Of a stretch of DNA of 38,726 nucleotides, positions 26,725-38,121 are shown piece after piece. The DNA is taken from assembly GCA_001724265.1 (NCBI GenBank), contig MEDY01000115.1, positions 62,001 to 100,726 of the forward strand, read 5' to 3'. A program made the translations under genes and the position numbers. Origin of the DNA: Rhizaria sp. SCN 62-66 (lineage: Eukaryota). Below the pieces are notes generated by a model that was given only the letters and a program-made list of their open reading frames with translations, was not told the DNA's origin and searched no databases. The first letter of the stretch is position 1, and each line of letters starts with the position of its first letter.

Positions 26725-29700
26725 ATGCAAGTCTCGCGCGACCTAGACCACCCTTCTCTGGGGCCGCGTCTCGGTCTCGTGTTGCTTCTCGTCGCCCTCG
26801 TGTTTTTTTCTCTCATAGGTTTCCTTATTCGATCCGCAACGCCTCCAACGGGACCGAATATCGAACGCATCGTGCTCACAGCGCTGCCCTCACTCACACC
26901 AGAAGACTATGACCACAACTCTTCTAACAGCAACAGCAACAGCGACAGCGACGACATTTATACTCTCGCCGGCGACGTTGCCTCGTCTCTTCTTACCACC
27001 GCTACGACCGTCTCTGGTCCGATCTCCGACCTAGCGCGTTTTCTCGCATCCGCCTCGCTCTCGCCAGAAACCACCACCGCCGCCACTTCTGCATCTAACC
27101 CTAGCTCGAGTTCCACCTCCTGGCAACAGCACGCGGTCGCTGCATTCACGCGGACCAACGCTAGCGCCGAGCTCGACCTCCTCCCTCCCGAGCTCTGCCC
27201 GACTTGTTACAGCGCCGCCGCTTTCCACCGCTCTATTCAGCCCATCTGCGCTCTGCCGGCCCCGCAACGCTCCGCTGGTTTGTCCAGCGACCACCCGATC
27301 CTGTGGCACACCAACCAGGGCACGTATCGCGCCCCGGCCGCGTGGTCCACCGCCGCGTCTGTCATCACCGCTGGCGTGCGGACGGGGAAGCCGCTGTGTC
27401 GACACTGCTTGGGCGCAGCGCGGTGCCAGTCGGCCGCCAGTGCGGCCGTGCACAGCGCTTTGCTACCGCCTGCAGTCGCGCGGCACGAGCGTGATTACCT
27501 GCCGTTTTCCCCCGCGTCTGCCGCCAACAACTACCTCATGAACAGTAACAGCCATACCGCCGCTGCCGCTGGCTTGACTGCCAACTCGGGTGATGACGTG
27601 AACGGTAATAGTGGCGAAGGCGCTAGTAACAACGCTGCGTCGTCATTTCCACAGCAGCCGACATTACTTAACGGTTGGCGGTCGATTGACGGGTCCCGGT
27701 TCGACATTGACAGCTGCGTCGACGCCATCGACGTCGTGTACACGTGGGTCAACGGTTCTGCCCCCTCCGTCCGCGCGTCCCGCGTCGCTGCTCGCCGCGG
27801 GCTCGGCAGATATGTTTCCCCCGTCTTTGCCTCTCTGTTCCCGCCGCCGGCGCCTGATCAGAACTCGCTGGGGGACAACCGGTTCCGCGATTCCGGCGAG
27901 CTGCAGTATTCGATGCGATCGATCCTCAAGCACGCGCCCTGGGTGCGACGGATCTTCCTCGTCACTTCGGGTGAAACGCCGTCCTGGCTCAATACGAGCC
28001 ATCCTAGCGTCACAGTCGTGCCACACAGCGTGATCTTCAAGGACGCGAAACGGAACGCGCCGTCTTTCTCGTCAAGCGCGATCGAGTCGGCGCTGCACCG
28101 CATTCCGGGCCTTTCTGACAACTACATCTACGTCAACGACGACGTGTTCTTCATCAAACCGGTCGAACAAGAGGCATTTTGGTCGCCTGCGAGCGGATTG
28201 CTGCTGGAGCGCGCGGGTTGGCAGTTGCAAACGTGCAATGTTGGCTGTGAAACGCAGCATGTCGGCGACGGCGTCTGCCATCCGGCATGCATGACCGAGG
28301 CGTGCCAGTGGGATCTGGGCGACTGCGAGCGCAACTACCTCCGCGCGCCCGCTCCCTGGGAAGTCTACGACATGTTGCTCGCATTGGGCCCGTCAGGGCA
28401 GCCGCCGCAGGGGTCGTAGCTGTGGAGCTATCTCCCGCGATTCCCGCTGAGGCCGATCTCGCAGGACGAGCTGCAGTGGGCGACGACGGACGTCACGACC
28501 ACGGCTGCACTCAACCGCAAACGTGACAGCTTGAACCGCGTCGTGAACATCAATCTCAACAGCAACAACAATGGCAAGTGGGGGCGCTCACCATCCTTCC
28601 GCCTAGCGAGGGATGCCAATGGGAACATGGCGTTTGGTGGCAGCAGCAGCAGCGGCAGAGACGGCGTGCAGCCGCCGTTTGACAGCGACGAAGTGACGGA
28701 GAATGACCGCAGCGCAGTTACGCCACGCTACTCATATACTCCTATCTCTGATAACAACAATCATGCTGACGGTAACGACGAGTCAGAAGCTGAGTCTGTC
28801 GCAAGTGATAATAACGGCGACTTTGAAGATGATGTTGTGTACACAGTTGGCAGTTATGCGCCGTTTTACTCCGCAGCCCGCTACAACGCGGGCCTCTACA
28901 ACCCTGCCCTTCACAGTAGCAGTGTTAACAGTAGCGACAGCAAGAAGTCAAGCCGCAGCAGTGGCAGTGGCAGTGGTAAAACGCGACAGCGCGCGCACCC
29001 TCTTCTGCGCCGCCTTGCTGAGCTCGGTGTGCTGATGCTCGCACGGTCTAATCTGGCCGATAACGCGACCGCCGAAGCTGGTGTCTCTGCAGCCCTGCTC
29101 ACGGTCACTCGCGCGAATGCAAACTCTGATTCCAGCTCCGACGCGGGGAAAAGTGGCGCGTCCGACACTGCGATGCCGACAGTGGCTGAGATCGCTGGCC
29201 TCTTTTGCGCTCCAGGCTGTCTGACTGCCTGGGTCGGCGACGGCGTCTGCGACGACGCTTGCCACGTTGCAGAGTGCGCGTTTGACAGCCGGGACTGTGA
29301 GGTCACGTTTGCTGACGCGCTGGCCTCCGTTATGCCGCCGCCGCCGCCGTCTTTGACCGACTCCGCGTCCACCTCACCGGGTGTGACGTCGATGGGTGCC
29401 GAAGCCGCGCCGACAGAGACTGCTCGCAGTGGTGGCAAATCGGGCAGCAGCTCTAACTCTATCGTCGCTGGCTCTAGCTCTGGCTCTGTTTTTACTGGCT
29501 CAGGTGCGAACAAGGCCAAGGGTCTCCAGAGGTTTGCAGCACTCTCAGTCGCGACCGGTGGCGCTGACCGCAGTGCTGTTACCGCAGACCTCGACTCTGG
29601 CTCTGCGTTCGACTCGAACTCGGCCTCTAACGACGATGTCGATGATGACAGTAATGACAGCTCTGTTGTTGCTGAGAGTAGTCGTCGTGAGTCTGTGAAG

Positions 29701-32700
29701 TCTGCTATCTTCCGCGCTCTCACTGCGAGGACCGCAAGCACAGACGGCAACAGCAACAGCAACAGCAACAGCAACGGTAACGGTGCAGGCGCTCCTTTTG
29801 TAGCGTCCCCGTCGCTAAGCCAGAGTGAGCGCCGCCGCCGCCGCCAGGCGCTGTTCCTCTAGCAAGAGCAGCAGCAGGGCCAGCAGCGCACCCACCGCCA
29901 ACGTCAGCAGCAACAGCAGCAGCAAAAACAGCTGCCGCAGCTGAACCGTCTCACTCAGCTGCCGCGCACCGTCGCCGCGCGCGTGATGCGTATGATTGCG
30001 AAGCAGAGTGCGGTGTTCACTGCTCTGCACGCGCTGATGGGGGAAATCCCGGCCTGGGGCGCGGCGGTGATCCCCGAGCACGGCAACAGGAAGCACCTGC
30101 ACGACACGCACAGGGTCGTCATGGCGAACCCGTTCACGGTCGGTCCGCTCGATTTCGACGCCAGCGGGGGCAGCAAGAGCAACGCTGGATCAGTTGTCGC
30201 CAGCGGCAGCGCTGACAGCGTGCCGAGCGCCGGCGCCCTGGCGCAACTGCAGCAACAGCAGCAGCAGAGGAAGGCTATGCGTCGCCGCAGCCACGGTACC
30301 AGCCACGTCAGTGGCGACGGGAGCTCGAGCGACAGTGGCAGTGGCATCCATAGCCGTCGCCGGAAGGTGGCGCGGCGGGCTGGCTTCACCGCGCCGTCGG
30401 CGAACCGCGTGTTCGAGCTCTCCGTGCGCCGCTCCTTCACCGGCGTGTACGGTTGGCTCACGGGCGCGCTGGCGCTGTCTTACCACAACCGGCCCGAGGG
30501 GCTGCGACACGACCACGATTATGCGGCCCGCGCCCGCGACTCGGCGGCCAACGCGGCGGTGCAGGCAGCGGAGGAGGCGGCAGAGCTGGCGAGGCAGCAG
30601 CAGCTGCAGCAGCAGCAGGAGCAGGAGCAGGAACAGGAGCAGGCGCAAGCGGCGGCTGGGACTGCGGCAGGGGTGCAGGTGCATGTGCAGATGAAACAAC
30701 AGTCTCGGACTGCAGGTGCGCGTGCTCGCAGTGGCCATCATTACAACTTCACGACTGCGGCGATAACGGGTAGCTCTGCGTTGCTGCCGCTTGCGTCGAT
30801 GGGGAGTGACCAGTGGCCTGTGGACAACTTCCCCACGGTCGGCGGCCTAACTTCCCCCGTCTCCTTAGTCCGGGGCCACTGGTGGACGTTTTTGCAATCG
30901 CGGCACGTGCTGCGGCTCACTCGTCCGCAAAACAACAAGATCGTCGAAGCAACCCACAAGTTTGTTCTGTCGCGTACGCAGTCGCTGATGCGCAAGTTGA
31001 TGGTCAATCCGATGAAAACCCCGATTCCGCATAAGCCGCAGGTCGGCAACAAGCACGTGTACTCGCGCATGCAGTCTCTGCTGCCCGACGAGTACAAAAT
31101 CCTCGAGTCCCACCGGTTCCGTGACCCCTACGACATCCAGTTCGGCTACGCGCTCGCTGGTTTCACCCTCAACGCCAAGCACCCTTCGCTGCACTCACTC
31201 GCACAGTCGCTCTTCGGCGCGCATGACACTGACTGCAACGGCGTGCTTGTCGGCGCAGAGGTCGAGGCCTTGCTCAAGGATCTCTTCACACCGCGGAGCC
31301 TGCCGTCGTACGTCATCCCTGCCGCACGCGAACGCGTCGCGCGGTGGCCGTTCAAGGCGCCGCTGACGCCGCCGCTGTGCCGCACGCCCAAAGAGGCGGC
31401 GCTGGGACGGGCGATGCGGATGCGCGCGCGCAACCTGGCTCTCGCCAGCGCCAAAAGCAGCGGCAACGGCAACGGCTCCGGTACCGGTAACGCCAACGAT
31501 GATAGTCGCTCTTTGGGGCCGAACATCGGCACCTCAGACCGGTCTGCCACTGTGACAAGTGCGGATGTGGAAGCGATGCTTCGCCCGTGGGATCTAGCGT
31601 GCGTCGTCAAGGGCACCGCCCCCGCCACCGACGCCGACGCCGGCGCTGACGATGACGCTTCCGATTCCCCACCTACTTCAGCCGGCTCGAGCGCCAACTC
31701 CGACTCTCCCAGCGCCAGCGCCAGTGCGAGTGCGCGTGTCGTGGGAACTGGCAGCTCTGCGCGCGCCTCCGTGTGGCACACCATGCTGTCCACAGTGGCG
31801 ACCCTGCCCGGCTCCACCCCCGAGACGCCCCTCGTCGTCGGTCACCTCGCGCAGGACCCTCTGCTTCAGGCTATGATGCGCGACGCCCCCTGGCGCGACT
31901 TCGCGCCGGGCCCCAGCGCGGGCTCGGTCAAACTCTCAGCTGCGGCGCTGCGTGCCGGCATCGCCGCCGCCAGCGGCGCGGGTGCCAGTGGTGCGCCTGC
32001 GGTCATTGGCACGGGGCGCGGTATCTATGCGAACCTCGACACGAGCGCTACCCTTGCTACCACCAACACTGCTTCTGCGACTGCCAATGGTGATACCACC
32101 GCCGCGAACAGCAACGGTGCTGCACATGCAGATACTGGCAATATTGGTGCTGCTGCTAACATTGATCCTGGTACCAGTCAATTCAAGCCGCAATCTACAG
32201 ACAGCTCGAGCTTCACTACAACAGCGAGTGAGAGTGATGGGTCAGCTTCGGCTGTTCCAGTCATGACGTTCGTCCAGCTCATGGAGTGGTCTCTGGCGCG
32301 CGCGGTGATGCAGCAAATCCAGCTTCCTTACCGTCCTATGTACCACGCACACACGCCTCTGCGCGGCAGCTCAGTCGCGTACATGGGCATTTCGGATGAC
32401 AGTTTGAACGATTTGTACGGGCTGTTTAACAAGGTGGAGACGATGTTTACGGCTGACCCGCGGCAGCGCGCGTTTGCGTGCCTGAACGACGCCATCCAGG
32501 TACGAACTAAAACAAGTAAACAACAAAATCTGCTTTGATTTTTTTATGCGTTGGTCTTTTATTGCATAAATTTGTCTCATATCAACTTATAATCATTTGA
32601 TTGCGGTGTTTCTTTTGCTGTGTTTTAGGGTGATGTACCGCATAATTACGGCGACATGATGAAGTTTACGTTCGAAAAGGCGTTCCCCACCCCTGCGCCA

Positions 32701-33672
32701 TGGGAAAAGCGTGGGCTCCCCAAGCGCCCTCCGCCCGTGATGCCCTCTAAGCCGCTGGCTGACGACGTCGTCGCGGTCGCGACTGACACGGCCGTGCCGG
32801 GCGGTGACATCGCTCCTGTTGACGCCAACGCCGTGACTGGTGGTGCGAGCGCTCCCGTTGATTCTAGCACCGTCACCGCTGCTGCTGACACGCGCGAGAG
32901 CACATCCGTTGACGATACTAGCGCGTCCACTGGCACGAGCGGCACTCTTGTTGTTGATGCGACGACTGCTTCTGCTGACTCGGACGCTCCGGTCGACACC
33001 AGCGCCACTGTTGACACTGCCTCCGCTGCTTCTGGTAGCACCAACTCTGCCAGTGATGGTAAGAGTGCGGTTGACGCAGAGTCTTCAGAGTCGAGCGTTG
33101 TTGCTTCTGGCTCTGACGCCGACGCTAACGCCAATGCTGATGCTAACGCCGACAATGATCCTAGGTCGGATTCTACATCTGACTCGAACGCTGGTAATGA
33201 CGCCGATGGTAATGGTGCCAACAATGATGCTGTTGCTGAGACGGATGCAATCGCCGGCTCTGACGTCAACGCTCAGTCCGATTCTGCGTCTGTAACAGGT
33301 GACGGCGAAAACAACACCGACGGCGGTGACGATGGCAACGGCGACAACAAGGACGACGAATAGGGTGGTGATGGTGACGGCGATGACAGCGATTCGCGTG
33401 AAAACACCGAAGAAACCACTGAACAGGCTGATAACACTGACGGAGTGTTGCCCCCCATCGCCGACTTGCCGAGAAGCGTTACTATCGACGCTGATGCTGA
33501 CAGCAAGCTTCCAGCTCCCGATCGCGGTGCCAATGACGCCAGCGCTGGCGACAGGGCTAGCACTGATGGTGGTATCACTGTTAGTGACGCCGTGCCACCT
33601 TCTGTCGATCCCAACTTTACTCCTGATCCATCAGACACTGCTACAGCTCCAACTTTGTCTGGGAGGAACTGA
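26725..33672 (+). CDS. GNPTAB: GNPTAB-like Stealth-family N-acetylglucosamine-1-phosphotransferase, about 2272 codons if three in-frame TAG codons are read as sense
   Basis: Exons 26725-32499 and 32629-33672. Domain order is N-terminal TM, CR1 IDVVYTWVNGS, CR2 (RFRDSGELQYSMRSILKHAPWVRRIFLVT...IYVNDDVFF), two LNR repeats (GDGVCHPAC, GDGVCDDAC), CR3 (PIPHKPQ...HRFRDPYDIQF), EF-hand DTDCNGVL, CR4 (FACLND...FPTPAPWE) and an acidic tail. In-frame TAG at 28417, 29860 and 33361; final stop TGA at 33670. Confidence 0.85.
28417..28419 (+). other. In-frame TAG no. 1 in the Stealth gene (PPQGS*LWSYL)
   Basis: The frame continues without stops from 28420 into ORF 28531 (offset 111 nt = 37 codons), which carries the second LNR repeat. 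Confidence 0.9.
29860..29862 (+). other. In-frame TAG no. 2 in the Stealth gene (QALFL*QEQQQGQQ)
   Basis: The frame continues from 29863 through a poly-Gln tract into ORF 29983 (offset 120 nt = 40 codons), which carries CR3, the EF-hand and CR4. Confidence 0.9.
33361..33363 (+). other. In-frame TAG no. 3 in the Stealth gene tail (NKDDE*GGDGDGDD)
   Basis: The same Asp/Gly-rich composition and codon style continue in frame for 102 codons to TGA 33670, where AT-rich non-coding sequence begins. It could alternatively be the true stop. Confidence 0.7.
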
Positions 33673-36100
33673 AATCTAAGCTGTCATCAAACAGTAACTT
33701 CTTTCCACCGCCTCTTCATCACGTTCGAAACGCTCTACGTTTACGTTCGCTTTAAATTAGAAGAAATGTCCGCTGTGTCAATTCATTTTGTTGCTTGTTT
33801 ATTTGTTTCGTTTCTATGGTGATCCCACAGCTTCCCTTTCTTGAGTCAGTCCGCGCACCGGTTCTGATTGCTCACATCAGTCAGCAGTTTCAGCGTGCGC
33901 CGCGCGGGCTACAGTTTCGCACTTTTATGTTGTTGTTTTTTTTGTCTCGTGGTTTATTTATGTACCGTTTGACTTGTTCATATGTCATTTTTCTCGGTTG
34001 TGATTTGTCGTGATATGTGATGACCTCTTTTAAGAACTCGGTGCGTATCTTCCGCACTACCTCTCCGATAACCGTATTGCTATCATTTCGCGCCACAAAT
34101 TCCGTGTACTTCTCCAACAATCCGATTTGCCCCCTCTGTCTCCCTCCTCGAAGCGTATTGCCTGTTATTTAAAATTCTTAAACTTAGGTTTGCTTTTTAG
34201 TTCCTGACGGCTCAGTGTGCTCGTTATGTAACGTCCCCCTTGTCAAACTCTTGCTCGGGGCGGTCACGCATGCTGATTGCCGCGGGCTATTAGATTTCGC
34301 ACACCCCATGTTATGTCTGTTCAGGCTTTGTCCAGATGTTGCCTGACTGATTACGCAACTCTCGCGTATGTCGTGGCACTTCTTGATATTGCACTGCCGC
34401 GCTCAGCATTCGCATTGATTCGCCCTAGTAGTTGCTCTTCCTTTAAAAACAATAATGTCTGTTGTACAACATCGTTTCTCATTCTGCCTGTTATGTTCAA
34501 AACTATCTCCAAGTTTTAAATGCTTGAAAGAGAAAATGTTATTTTGTAGACTTCATTTTCCCCGCTTGCTCATTGTCACTGCAATCTACAATTGCGTTCT
34601 CGACGTATCATCATGGCTGTGTCACGTGACACTCTTGAGGATTGTGGAGTACGCAGAATAGAGGTCTCGGCAGTCACATTTTCATCATCGTTCACAACAA
34701 CAACCTCCGTACGTTTCCGTTCCTACTGCATCCACTCACGCGCACAAAGAACCGAATCACACAAAAATCATTCCTAACATTTCATTGTTACGCTCACACC
34801 CAATGCATCCCTTCAATCCCCCTTAGCTCCTCTTTCCCAGCTCCCCGCACATCCGTATCGTTTGGTTCTGTTTCTAGTTTTTCTTCCCCCAAGTTACGTT
34901 TTCCCGTCTATGTCTTCATCATCATCCCATTCGCAGACCGCGCACAAGTTGCTTCGGGTCGCACTGCTGCAACCGAATCAACGCGACTGTGTCTACGTTT
35001 TGCAGTTGTTTACAACAAAACTTCGCACACACACACGCACATTTGCCACGCTTGTCAGACTTCTCTCCCTAATCACGCTGTCCATTGTTTTTCGTTTTCT
35101 TTTTCGGTGGGTATATCATCACCATGTTACGCTCTGTAGTGTTCTGTATTGTCTTCTATTCACTGCCTCCATTTCTGTGTCGTGTCTTTGCGCAATACGC
35201 CGTCATCACCTCCAATCGCGCCTACGCGGGCGCGGGCGGTGCTCTCACTCCGTATCCAAGTCACAACACTCACTAAACAGACAACCTAGCTCGTTATTAA
35301 GTTGAACCCAACCAGCATCAGCATGCTTTGTTTGTGTTCGATTCAGTAGGAACATTATGTATACTGTATCATCACTATCCTCGTTTGTTTTGAATGCAGT
35401 CGTTTTGACTCTGTTTGTTACCCACAGAGCAGCGCCTGCACGTCAACACGTCTAAATGCTCTCTTTAGACCCTTTGTTTATGATGGTAATACGTACTAGC
35501 TTCTGTTCATAGCCGTGCGTCGCCGCGTTTGGATATGCACAGCATGTCATGTACACGTGGGATTGCACAAATGCGTGTGCGTGTCGGTCTCGTGTGTCTG
35601 TTTTCCGATGTTATCAACATCTTTTCTTGATTATCTGTGTTTTTCCCCATCCCTTTTCATCGCGACGTGTGAGCATGCGTCATTCGTAGCAACAAACCAG
35701 ATCAACTCGCACTCACAGTTCGCGTCATCTGTTTTATGGGTTGGCTTCATCAATAGAGAACAGTTAATGTTGTCATGCAACCAAAATGTGTCAGCCTCTT
35801 ATCTTAAAGAGTCCTATAATGCTGTAATAAGCTTACGAAGTAATTTATACTGCATTTTATTACGAGGCTTATGAAGAGTACCTCCAAGAAAAGAAACAAA
35901 AAAGAGAACATGAACACCAAAATATCACAGAGACAATAGTACAGAGACAATAGTACAGAGACATTACGCAAAACAAGATCAAAAGACATTAAGGAGGAGA
36001 AAGTGAAGATGGAGATGCAAAATGTGGTAGTGCATCTTTTAAACACACAAAAAACGCAGACAAAACCTGAAGTGAGTTCACCTCAGAGTTCTTTCCACGC

Positions 36101-36120
36101 ACACACACACACACACACAC
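36101..36120. repeat. (AC)10 microsatellite
   Basis: Directly visible in the sequence. Confidence 0.9.
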
Positions 36121-37814
36121 GACGCACATAGTGATCTTACACGTCGCAGGCGGTCGCTGTTGCAGCAGTCGTGCGTCTCTGAGTAGCAGTGTGCATCTTA
36201 TGCTTCCTACTGCGATTCATACGACGGCAACGCGCGACAAGACGGACGGCTAGAGACGTGAGAAGCGTGTGATCAATGTGATACTGGGAAATTGTTGGTA
36301 GTGGTATCATTATAATCATCATACACAAGAGCTACCACGTTTTTGGCAGTAGTCTATAAAGAATCCCACCTATCAATGAGATGCCTTATGATTCAAGTGC
36401 GAAAACATGCGCACGAGCTGAAATAACGCTTCAGCCCGCTTTGCCTTAGGAAGTATTGAGTGTTGTGACACCGGGTGTGTGGAGGAACGGGAGGTGCGAA
36501 AAGGAAGTTCAATGCTTTGACGTCGAATGGGAGAGAAGAAAACAAAGACAAAACGAAAATGATGAAACAAAGCAACAGCAACAACAGCAAAACACAAAAA
36601 GAAACTCACAAAAAACAACAACGGGGGATGTGCGGTAACAAGGAGACATAAAACAAACACTGTTGCTGGAGAATACGTGTGAAAAGTGGATGGAGGAGCA
36701 GAAATAAACACACATTTAAGACGAAAGCGACGACGACGTAAAACGAAACAAAAAAATAAAATGCATAGCCAAAAAAAGGAATATTATGAACAACACAACA
36801 TGTTGAGTGCGATACCAAGACGTGAAAGTGCGATAACGATTGAGTGGGTGGAGTGAGCGAAAGCGTGAGCGAACAGAAGGCCAAAATCGAAGTGAATCAA
36901 TCGTATTCGTCAACTTACTACGATGGTAGCAAGGCGATAATGTTAATATTTAATCTAACACATAAGCACAGGCGGTCGGGAACTTGTCAATGACGAGAGG
37001 TTTGGTTATAGTGACAAGTACCCGTGAGGCACGCGTACGCGGTAACATGCGTGCGCAGTCAGCAGAGAAAAGCAAGCTTAGGAGCATGTGAAATCAAACA
37101 CAACCACAAGCGAAGAAACGCATGACAACAAAGGCAGCAAAGAGACTACCTCAGTCTCGGCCGCTGATGCTGCTATTATCACAATAGTCGTCGCAGTTCG
37201 CTATGTAATTGTGTTGATGCCGATCTCAATCGGTTTTTTCCTCCGTCTCGTATCACGATAAAACAGAGCAAAGCACACAAAAGAGACATAAAAGAAAAGA
37301 AATTAAAAAATAGATCGAAAAAATCGTCTTTAAAAAGTTCCAGCACAGACAGAAATGGACTGTTTCAGATTGCACATAAAGTGCTAACACAGAAACAGAG
37401 AGGCGAACTAGACAAGAGACAAAAACGTATGCGAATAGAGTGAAAGAGCATATCAAAAGAAACGGAAAATCCAGAAAAGAAACAATCATCAACAAAATTA
37501 CAAATCAACATAACATAATCAGAAGCTGTTTTGATTTCGAAACGCTGTCGCGTCAATTCATATGAATTCAAGTGAAATGAGTGCGTTTAGCTGTTTTGAA
37601 AGGGAAACGTAAAAAAAAAAAAGCAAAGCTAGCTCAAACAGCAATCACTGCAGAGATATCGTCTTCGTAACACAGTCTCATACCAAACTGGGATGACAGA
37701 CAGCGCGACTAGAAACTGACAAGTCAGAGCAATTGTGCAAGAGAGTAGAAATGCATGTCGTATTACTGACTGTGTTGCACCAGCAGGCAGTACTCACAGT
37801 CAGTTGATGGTAAC

Positions 37815-37850
37815 ATGATGATAACATCCTGTGCATGATGTTATCATCAT
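37815..37850. repeat. Perfect 14-bp inverted repeat, 8-nt loop
   Basis: ATGATGATAACATC-ctgtgcat-GATGTTATCATCAT. Confidence 0.85.
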
Positions 37851-38088
37851 TTTTTTCCTTGATTGTTGTTGCTGCTGCTGTTGTTTGCGTTATGAAATTG
37901 ATGTTGGCGTTATGCCGTTGGTGATTTTGTCGTAGTCGGAGTTGCTGTTGTTAATATTGATGATGTTAAAAACAATATTTGCCTGGAAGTGAGTTTGGTT
38001 ATTGAGAGTTTGTTGATATAGCTGTAATTAATATTGTTGCAATCTCACGCTCATGAATGAAGAAAACAAAACAAAAAAAAATACACAC

Positions 38089-38121
38089 AGTAGTATAGGG
38101 CCGCTTCTACCCTATACTACT
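38089..38121. repeat. Perfect 12-bp inverted repeat, 9-nt loop
   Basis: AGTAGTATAGGG-ccgcttcta-CCCTATACTACT. Confidence 0.85.

Noticed and set aside
29800-29862. Small frame-preserving introns that would remove the in-frame TAGs as 3' splice sites (e.g. 63 nt GTAGCG...CTCTAG here; 57 nt GTCTAC...CGTAG at 28363-28419)
   Set aside because: The donors do not match the local GTACG/GTATG consensus. The segments are GC-rich and much shorter than the 12 AT-rich introns, and TAG no. 3 has no pyrimidine tract. Disfavoured, but only RNA-seq can exclude it.
28417-29862. Pyrrolysine or selenocysteine recoding
   Set aside because: Sec uses UGA and Pyl is not known in eukaryotes. The sites lie in unconserved linkers rather than catalytic positions.
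26665-33363. Treating ORFs 26665, 28531, 29983 and 32656 as separate genes
   Set aside because: They carry consecutive parts of one Stealth architecture, joined in frame across TAGs or one intron, with no intergenic-type sequence between them.
35927-35963. 14-nt tandem repeat ACAGAGACAATAGT x2.6, considered as CRISPR-like or element terminus
   Set aside because: It has no spacers and too few copies; an ordinary slippage duplication.
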